Part shown: one piece after another, positions 54,995 through 64,000 of the stretch
Layout of the letters: the number at the start of each line of letters is the position of its first letter
Numbering within the stretch: the first letter of the stretch is position 1
Source: the human T2T-CHM13v2.0 reference genome, Homo sapiens
Assembly (NCBI RefSeq): GCF_009914755.1
Contig: NC_060940.1
Strand: one strand, 5' to 3'
Length of the DNA: 64,000 nucleotides
Notes under the pieces: model-generated
What the model saw: only the letters and a program-made list of their open reading frames with translations
Told to the model about the DNA's origin: nothing
Databases searched by the model: none
Translations under genes and position numbers: made by a program

Positions 54995-55830
54995 GTAGAG
55001 CGTATAAACAGGAAATTCACACAAGAGCCACCTGGAAAGGCTAGTAAACATAAAAAAGGTGCTCAATGTCATTAGCACTTATGAAAATGCAATGAAAACA
55101 ATCATGAAATATCAGTTCACATTCAATAGATTGGCAAAAATTTGAATGCTTGACAGCACTTTGTTGGCAAGGACATAGAGCAACAGGAATTTTCATGTAG
55201 TGAAAATTTGAATATTGTCAAATTGTTCTCTAAAGTGGTTGTACTAATTTATATTCGATGGTGGAAATATAAATTAGTACAAGCATTTTAGAGAGCAATT
55301 TGGCAATGTTTAGTAAAGTTGAAGATACTCATGCCATGACCCAGACATTCCATCTCTAGCTCTATACTCCAGAGAAACTCCTGCATAAGTATTTAAGGAG
55401 ATGAGTTCACCACAGCACTGTTTGTATAGTGAAAAATTTGAAACAATTCAAAATACCTCTCAAGAGGAGAACTGATAAACTGTGGCATAATTACACAATG
55501 AAATATGACATAGTGTTCCAATGAATGAAATAATGCTACAGTATAACAACATGGAAAATCTGGAAACAATGTAGATGGAGAAAAAGCAAGTTGTAGAAGA
55601 GTACATACGCTACCATACTTCAGGAGGAATAACATGTGAAACAAAGTTACATATTGTTATGGATACCAATAACTCTAGTAGAAGATTAATGGGTATGGAA
55701 ATGATAACCTCTAGATGTAAATTACTTTTGGGGAGGGAAGGAGAACGTGATGCAAGAAAGAAACAGTGGCTTTCAATTTTGTCTGTGATGTTTTATTTCT
55801 TAAGCTGAGTGCTGTGTTCTTGGATGTTCA
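54995..55830 (+). mobile_element. Old L1M (L1ME-like) 3' region
   Basis: aaacaggaaattcaca...aaaaaggtgctcaatgtcattag...gttggcaaggacatagagcaacaggaa...gcaatttggcaat...ccatgacccagacattcc. Confidence 0.75.
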
Positions 55831-56017
55831 TTGAATTAACCCCTGAAATACTTAATATAAAAAGTAAGATTTTTCTATCCATCCATCTGGAATGCTATAT
55901 ATCAAAAAGTTAACAGTGGTTATTTCTGAGAAGTAAGATTATGAGGGAGAGTATATTTCATTTCCTACTTAATATATTTCTGTATTGTGGGAATTTTAAT
56001 GAGTAGATACTCCTCTA

Positions 56018-56359
<342 letters not shown>

Positions 56360-56904
56360 TTAGTAATCCCATGCACACTAGATGTGGTGATTTTCAGTTA
56401 AAGAGAATACCCCCATTTTCTAACCATTTTGGGTAAAGCCCGCCTAGAAATGAGAGTGGCTTCCTCTGTTAGAGTGGGGGTAATTTCCCCTGGGAGGGTC
56501 AGGGAGATGAATAAGAAAAGCCAGAGACACTAGGGGCAAGTGGGGTCATCTCAGGCCTCAGAGTGGCCCCGAGCTTAGCAGGAGGGCAGGAAGGTGGGGG
56601 AGGGATGGACTGCTGGTGTTTGAATCCTGTAATCCTCAGATATTCCCCCATTATCACAAAGCCGTGATCCCAGTGGACCATTTTAGGACCAAGACACTCC
56701 TTTAATGAAAACTCTTAAAAAGCAGAGACAGACCAATAAAACCCTTCTGGGTTATGGTCCGTTCACTTGGAGCCAAATGGTTTGCTCATTAATACCTTTC
56801 CCCTGTCAGCCTTATGACCAATTAGCAGCTATTAAGACCGGACTCATCCTGGCATGAAGCTTTTCCCCAGCAGCAGCTGCCACAGCAGTAAGGGCTTTGG
56901 GGAC

Positions 56905-57295
56905 ATGGAGGAGGAGGAGATGGAGGAGGAGGAGGAGGAAGAGAAGGCAGAGGAGGAGGAGAAGGAGGAGGAGGAAGAGGTGGAGGAGGAATAGGTAGAG
57001 GAGGAGGAGGAAGAGGAAGAGGAGAAGGAAGTAGAGGAGGAAGAGAAGGTGGAGGTGGAGGAGGAGGAAGAGGTGGAGCAGGAGGAGGAGAAGGAGGTAG
57101 AGGAGGAGGAGAAGGTGGAAGTGGAGGAGGAGGAGGTGGAGGAAGAGGAGGAGGAGGTGGAGGAGGAGGAGAAGGAGGAGGAGAAGGAGGAGGACGAGGA
57201 GGAGGAGGAGAAGGAGGAGGAGAAGGAGGAGGACGAGGAGGAGGAGGAGAAGGAGGGAAAGAAGATGGAGGAGGAGAAGGTAGAGGAGGAGATAG
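56905..57295. repeat. GA-rich low-complexity (GAG/GAA/AAG)n tract
   Basis: ~390 bp almost purely purine on the plus strand, with an internal 39-bp duplication. Confidence 0.95.
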
Positions 57296-57692
57296 ATACA
57301 GAGATCCAGAGAACTCAGTATCTATGACATCAAAGCCAGGGCTCTTTTTATATCCTTGTGTGGCCTTTGTTCTGAGTTGTTTTCATGGAAAGGACTGGAG
57401 AGAGTGAAGGCGATGTTAGTCGAAGGATCAGGGACAGTTTGCCACCCAAAGTGCTTGGTTCCCGGGGGCAGACCCCAAAGTCTGTCCCCTGCCACAGCAC
57501 CCTGCAATTCTCAGTGGGCTGTGCTCGACACTAGGCATCCCTCCCTGAACCGGTCCCTGCTGTCTTTCCCAGCATCCCAGCAACCCAGAGCTGCATGGAG
57601 TCCCTGAGACCCCTGAGACCTCATCTCCCGGGTCAGGATGCCCGTGCTCAGCGTCCTGCTGAGACATCTCACTCCACTCTGAAGAATTTCTA

Positions 57693-57835
57693 GGGCGTGG
57701 TGGCTCACACTTTTAACCCCAACTACTCAAGAGGCTGAGGTGGGAGGGTCGCTTGAGGCAGGAGTTTAGGACCAGCTTGGGCAACATGACATAGACCTCA
57801 TCTCTACCAAAAAATATATATTAAAAACAAAAAAG
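57693..57835 (+). mobile_element. FLAM / Alu left monomer
   Basis: gggcgtggtggctcacac...gaccagcttgggcaacat...tctctacc plus A-rich tail. Confidence 0.8.
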
Positions 57836-58189
57836 AACTTTTGGGAAATCCCGAGACATCCTCTGTACAGTAAGAGAATTCTCTGCTCTGCCCCAAGAAA
57901 AGCATGAGCTATTGGGCCTTGGGCAAATTATATGACCTCTTTGAGCCTCAGTTTTCTTATCACTAAAATGGGGTAATAAATCTCTGCCTCATAAGCATGT
58001 CCTGGGGACAAAATGAGATCATGTGGGTGAAACATGGGGCCCAGCATGAAGAAGCTTCTTGGCTATGATGCGTTTCTTTTTATGAAGGTGGAAGTCACAT
58101 AAAATTAACATTTTATACTTTAAAATTCAGCATCATTTAGTACATCCACAATGTTGTGCAGCTATCAAGTCTTTCTAATCCCAAAACAT

Positions 58190-58359
58190 TTTTTCTTTTT
58201 TTTTTTTGAGACAGGGTCTCACTCTGTCCATCAGGCTGGAGTGCGGTGGTGTGATCTCGGCTCACTGCAGCATTGCAAGCTTCACCTCCCAGGTTCAAGG
58301 AATTCTCTCATCTCAGCCTCCCAAGTAGCTGGGAAAACAGGTGCGCCACCATGCCCACC

Positions 58360-58391
<32 letters not shown>

Positions 58392-58797
58392 ATGGAGCCT
58401 CCCTCTGTTGCCCAGGCTGGAGTGCAGTGGGTGGCATGATCCCGGCTCATTGCAGCCTCTCTCTCCTGGGTTCAAGCAATTCTTCTCCCTCAGCCTCCTG
58501 AGTAGCTGGGACTCCCACCATGTCTGGCTAATTTTTGTATTTTTAGTAGAGACAGGGTGTCACCCTATTGGCCAGGCTGATCTCGAATTCCTGACCTCAT
58601 GATCCACTTGCTTCGGCCTCCCAAAGTGCTGGGATTATAGACATGAGCCACCGTGCCTGGCCAATTTTTGTATTTTTAGTAGAGATGGGATTTTGCCATG
58701 TTGGCCAGGCTGGTCTCCAACTCCTTAGCTGAAGGGATCCTCTGGCCTCAGCCTCGCAAAGTGCTGGGATTACAGGAGTGAGCCACTGTGTCCGGCC
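58190..58797 (-). mobile_element. Alu nested in the central linker of another Alu, within a minus-strand L1MB fragment (~58080-59660)
   Basis: Right arm 58190-58362, complete inner Alu ~58363-58662, left arm 58663-58797; outer TSD cccaaaacattttt. Confidence 0.85.
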
Positions 58798-59152
58798 CCA
58801 AAACATTTTTATCACTCCTAAAAGGGAACCTCATATCCGTTGAGCAGTCACTCCCCAGCACCCCACTTGCCCACTCCAACCCCTGGCAATCACTAATCTG
58901 CTTCTGTCCCTGTAGATTCACCTATTCTGGATATTTCAGATAAACAGAAGTATGCAATCTGTGCCCTTTTGTGTCTGACTTCTTTCATTTAGCATAACGT
59001 TTTCGAGATTCATCCATGTTGTAGCATGTATCAGAACTTCATTCCTTTATATGGTGAATAAAATCCTGGTCTATGGCTGTATTTCATTTTTAAATCTATT
59101 CATCCATTGATGGACATTGGGGTTGTTCCCACCCTTTGGCTATTGTGAATAG

Positions 59153-59390
<238 letters not shown>

Positions 59391-62300
59391 GTATTGTGAA
59401 TATCTCTCTTGGGAACATGCACGCATGTGGACTTGTTTAAGTGTCTGTTTTCAATTCTTTTGGGTCTCTCCCTAGGAGTGGAATTGCTGGTTGATATGTG
59501 GTGTTAATAATTCTATGTTTAACATGTTGAGAACCCACCAAATCTTTCCAAAGGGGCTGCAGCATTTTGCATTGTTACTAGCAGTGTAGGAGGGTTCCAA
59601 TTTCTCCATATCCTCACAACACTTATTTTTCGTTTTTTGTTTATCATCATCGAAGCAGGTAGGAATCGGTATCTTATGGTTCATTTTTAAGCAGTGGCAT
59701 GAAGGGAGATGGTTTTGGGGACCTGGGTAGTCCACAGTCCTGAGAAATGGCCCTGTCTTGCTGGTTAGCCATAGGCAGGGCTGCCTGCCCCCAGATGTGA
59801 CCTGGATATCCTCTCCACTGCACCCCAAACTCTGGAAGGCAGGCATGCCTCTCCTCAGCCCCACTCCCTCTTTTCTCCATCAGAGCTGGGACCTCTGAGG
59901 GCAGCAGGGGACCACCCTCCCATCCTAGTCTGCCTTCCCTTATTCCTGAGCTGGAGAAAAGGCCAACTTTCAAAGCACTTCTACGAGGGAGGCCAGGACT
60001 GTCTCCTTTTGGTTTTGCATTTCCTCCACTGTGTTGCTGTCCCTAAGACGGTATGTGGCCTGGAAGGCCAGGCCAGGCTGGAGCTACTGGGAGTTTGGAT
60101 ATAAAGCTCTTGGGTCTCCTCTCAGTAGCTGCTGAGTTCCTGCCTTGGGGAGTAAGGAGACCCAAGACATGCTCACCTAGCAAGGGACCTGACCTTCTCT
60201 CAGGCCAGCTCCTCCTTCCTCAGCCTTCCTACAGAGCAGCAGGGCAGGGCCCCCTCCTCAGCTCTCCCAGCCCACTGGGTTATTCTGCCTCAGGATCAAG
60301 CCCAGCCCCACCACTAAGGCAGGTCTGGGTCCAATCCCAGCTTAGGTCCATGTGTTGCTTCCCTGTCTATGAGAAGACAAACCCTCTGCTCCCATCACTG
60401 GATCCATCCTGTGCTGAGTGGAGGTTGGTTTTGGATTTGAGGGCCCTAAGCCCTCTCCTAATCCCTAGGTGCTGCTGCCACACCCTATGTGACCCAGAAG
60501 ACCAGGCTTAATTAAGGAGACTCAGCAGTACCCCACCGACCTACCTTGGCTCTGGGAAGTGGTGGCCCCCGTGTGTGGGGCTGGTGCACTTTTAGCAAAT
60601 GGGCCAGGCCTGTGGAGCCATAGACTGTGTCTCTGACCTTGTGGGTTCTTCGGACAAGGCAAAGGCCATCAAATCTGGGTTTTCTGTAACTCTCTGGCCT
60701 CCACTAGCTCCTGGCAGTTCCCTTTCACTGGGACACACCCCACTGCCACTCCCCCTAAGCCTCAGGACCAGCATTCAGAGATCCTCCCCAATTCAGCTCC
60801 TCCTTTTACTTTGTTGATTAATTACTCTTTCCACCCCAGCCCTTTCTTACCCCACCCAGGGCTCTGACGCCTAGATCCCAGTTGGGGGTGAGATGGGTGC
60901 GGGGGGGGGACAGCTAGGGGAGGAGCCAGGCATATCGACCTTGTTTTCCAATAGGCATCCAAGAGAGTCCTGAGCTCTTTCGCCCTTCTTGTCTCGTGGG
61001 TAGGATCTATCAGAATGTGATCCTCACCTGTTGAGGTCACAGACTTCAGCTGAGTGATGCCTTTGACGCGTCCAAATTTCCTTCTTTAAAAGCAACAACT
61101 CCCTCCCCACGCCCCAGCAATTTTATCAGCTTCAAAGATTTTTTTTTTTTGGTCATCGCCATGGCAGTACCTTCTAGGTAGTAGACAAGGAAAAACAACC
61201 AAATATTCAAAGAGAAAAAGACCTATAATCCTTTCACCCAGAGTTAACCATTTTTACACAACAATAACAGTAACTACAACAACAAAATCACCATTTATTG
61301 AACATTTATTGTGTGCTGGGATGATACTAAGTACGTTACACAGGGAATTTTCTTTAATCTTTGCAACAGCCTCGTGAAGTAGGTATTTTCTGCATTTTAG
61401 AGATGAAAAAGCTGAAGCATAGAGAGGTTGTGTAACTTGTACACGGTCACAGGGCTGGGGAGATTCAAACCCCAAACCCATCTGTCTGTCTGCAGATCAC
61501 ACACACTACCTCCGTAGCACTATTCCAGTAAATATATTTATATAAAGTCTTTTAATGGAATTAATTCTAGTTATTGCTTTGTAACCTGCTTTTTCTCCCT
61601 CATTTAACAGCAGACGGTTAACATGTTCCCCATGTTACTGTGTATTCTCCTGCAATATTATTTTAAATCGTTGCCTAGTAGCTCCCTGTCTCCATGCTCC
61701 AAAGTTTGTTTAACTAATTCCCTATTGTTGAATAGGTAGGTTGTTTCTAAAGTTTTTGTTATTATAAACAACACTGCCAAACAGACCAATGCTTTTTTTT
61801 TTTTTGCCCACAGTTCACAGTAATTTCCTTGGGGGTAAGTTCCCAGAAGGAAGGGATGGGAGGGTGGAGGCCCATGCCCTTTGTTTTTCAAATGTCTGTA
61901 ACATCTTTGGATCAATTACCTGTAATTTGTGAATACAAGTTGTGCCATTAACAGAGGGAAGGTTGACACCTTACCTAACTTGTTGGGCTTTGCACAACCT
62001 AGAATTACATGAGTTGTAAACAAGGCTTCTAATAGCCCTGGATTATCTGTGGCTATTGTCAGGTCATGTAAAGGTGGTAATTTATTAAACAGATTTTTAA
62101 AATGTATCTAAGTACACCTGGGAGGAGTGGAGCATGGGCGGGGCTCCTGGGGGAGGAGATGGGGTGTGGTGCTCCGGGGCTGGGGGCACCTGGTGGTTAT
62201 TGGTTCTGGGAACCCTCGTACCTGACAAGGGGTTGGCTCAGAGACTCCGCTCCCCACCATCCCACAGCCCCTCTGCCTAGTGTCAAGGTGCCCAGGAGTG

Positions 62301-63419
62301 GGCAGCCCTAGGGGTGAGGGGAGAGAAATATGGGACGATAGAGGTGGAGGCTGCACAGGCACGAACAGGTGACAAGTCATGCCCTGTTCCTACAAGGCCG
62401 TGGGTGCTGTTTCAACTGCCAAGAAATACCAGCTGGTGATGGCGAAATATCCCAGAAGAATTTCTTCAGGGAAGTTATTTAGCAGTGAAAACTGCCTCTC
62501 ATTCCATGAACGCTGTGAGGAAGGAGGATCTCTGTGTGTGTGGGTCGCCCAGCCTCCTGCCAGTCCCAGGCAGCCCTCAGCCATCTGGTCACATTCTTCG
62601 GACATCACTTGCTGGACCACATTATGTGGTGACTTCCAGGCCACCTAGAGGGGTCATGGGGTGGGGCTTCATAGGCACATGCGCCAGCCCGGCCGAGGCA
62701 GAACCAGCTGGGACTTTAAGCCGATGAGCTGTTCGATGAGGTATATGGCCTGGTTTCCTGTGCAGGCAGGGTGGATGCAGTCCAGAAGCCAGTCCCTTAC
62801 GGGCAGGGACTGTCACCCCTTCCAGTGGGGCGACACACTCTGAGCTCTGGAGGAGCCTTCCTTAGGCAGAGGTCAGTGTGGTGGGTGCCAACCTGCTGCC
62901 TTCTGGGTGTGAAAACTGAACAAACAGAAGCCTGTGGGCAGGTAGTGTTGTGGGAAGGAAGTCCCCTTAAATAACTCACCATTCTCCAGGGGCACCAGGT
63001 TTCTGCGTGTTTCCTGGCCACATACCTTTTCCTTACCCACCATTCCCCCTCTCCCCTTAGTAATTTTTCAAGAGTCAGTGTAGCATCATGTCTCAGATGC
63101 CATTTATTGAGAACTTACTGTGTGTCAGGCACAGCTGTAAGCACGCTTCATGCATTTTTTAAAATTTTCCCAATAGTTTTACAATGATATCATCTCTGTC
63201 TCACAGATGGGTAAACCCAGGCTAGTCATTTGCCCCAAGACACCCAACCAGTTAAGTTGCTGTTCACCCCAAGGTTTGTGTAACCCCAGAGTTCAGTTTC
63301 TTGACAGCAACAGTCCCGTACTCCTCGCTGAAGCTTTTCCTCACTCCTAGCATGTAGCTATGTCCCTTGTAAACGCAGAGCCTCCTTCTGGGGCCTTCAC
63401 CACTGTCGTCTACCACATC

Positions 63420-63505
63420 GACCTTCCAGGTTCGAGTGATCTTCCTGCCTCAGCCTCTCGGGTAGCTAGGAGTACAGGTGTGCATCACCACACCCAGCTA
63501 ATTTC
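63420..63505 (-). mobile_element. Alu fragment
   Basis: cctgcctcagcctctcgggtagct...cacacccagctaatt. Confidence 0.8.
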
Positions 63506-64000
63506 TCATATTATTATTTACTTGTTCTTTTGTTTAAGTGTCTGTTTATTTGTTATGCTGGTTAGGAAACTCCCTGGTGTCAGGGATTGTTTGTGACCCA
63601 TATTCATAGCCCAGTGTCTGGCTTAGGACTGGCATATAGTAGGTGCTTAATAAATGTTTGAAGAATGAATGCATCTTAAATTGTAATAACTCAGCTGGAT
63701 GCCTGGGTATCTGTAGGTTTTATCTTCTAGAGACTTACTATGGAACATCCGGAGAATAGAGCAAATCCACAAGACAGACAGAGTCTCAGAAGGGCCCAAG
63801 TCAACACCAAGGTTTTGTTTTTGTTTTGTTTTGTTTTTACATTTTTCCTCTTGACATTCCTTCTTTTGATTTTCATGGCATTCTGGAACATTCATAGGCT
63901 TCCCGTTTGTGATATCTCTTGATCTTCACACTTACCCTGTGAGGTGAATAAATCAGGTGTACAAAGAGCCTGTCTCATAGATGGGACCCCTTGATGCTGG

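Noticed and set aside
57049-57327. 92-aa Glu-rich ORF resembling prothymosin or acidic proteins
   Set aside because: Translation of a (GAG)n low-complexity tract; the upstream ATG frame is stopped by TAG at ~56991; no retrocopy hallmarks.

Overview
Human (primate) genomic DNA containing the complete IRX3 (Iroquois homeobox 3, TALE class) gene on the minus strand. The CDS is join(complement 5777-6043, 4490-5606, 4239-4305, 3679-3733) = 1506 nt, 501 aa plus stop, with all introns GT-AG. The gene sits in a ~10 kb CpG-rich, essentially transposon-free block (~1.65-12 kb) that also holds AT-rich, homeodomain-motif-dense islands resembling deeply conserved non-coding elements, most strikingly 9745-10140. 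The remaining ~52 kb is gene-desert sequence upstream of IRX3: Alu, MIR, L1M, L2, MaLR LTRs and hAT MITEs, with several repeat-free, motif-rich patches that are candidate enhancers. No other protein-coding gene is supported; the other ORFs are GC-rich antisense shadows, Alu translations or low-complexity sequence. I see no evidence for a new multi-gene system. The best second-look items are a 45-bp-stem fold-back hairpin inside an old L1 (55211-55310), an apparent locally templated insertion inside a MER33 (16442-16533 vs 20017-20110), a palindromic (TA)n Alu tail (22006-22305), and candidate IRX3 regulatory elements (uORFs, PBX-type decamers, Pumilio elements/alternative polyadenylation). Repeat family names and boundaries are by eye from remembered consensus sequences and are approximate.
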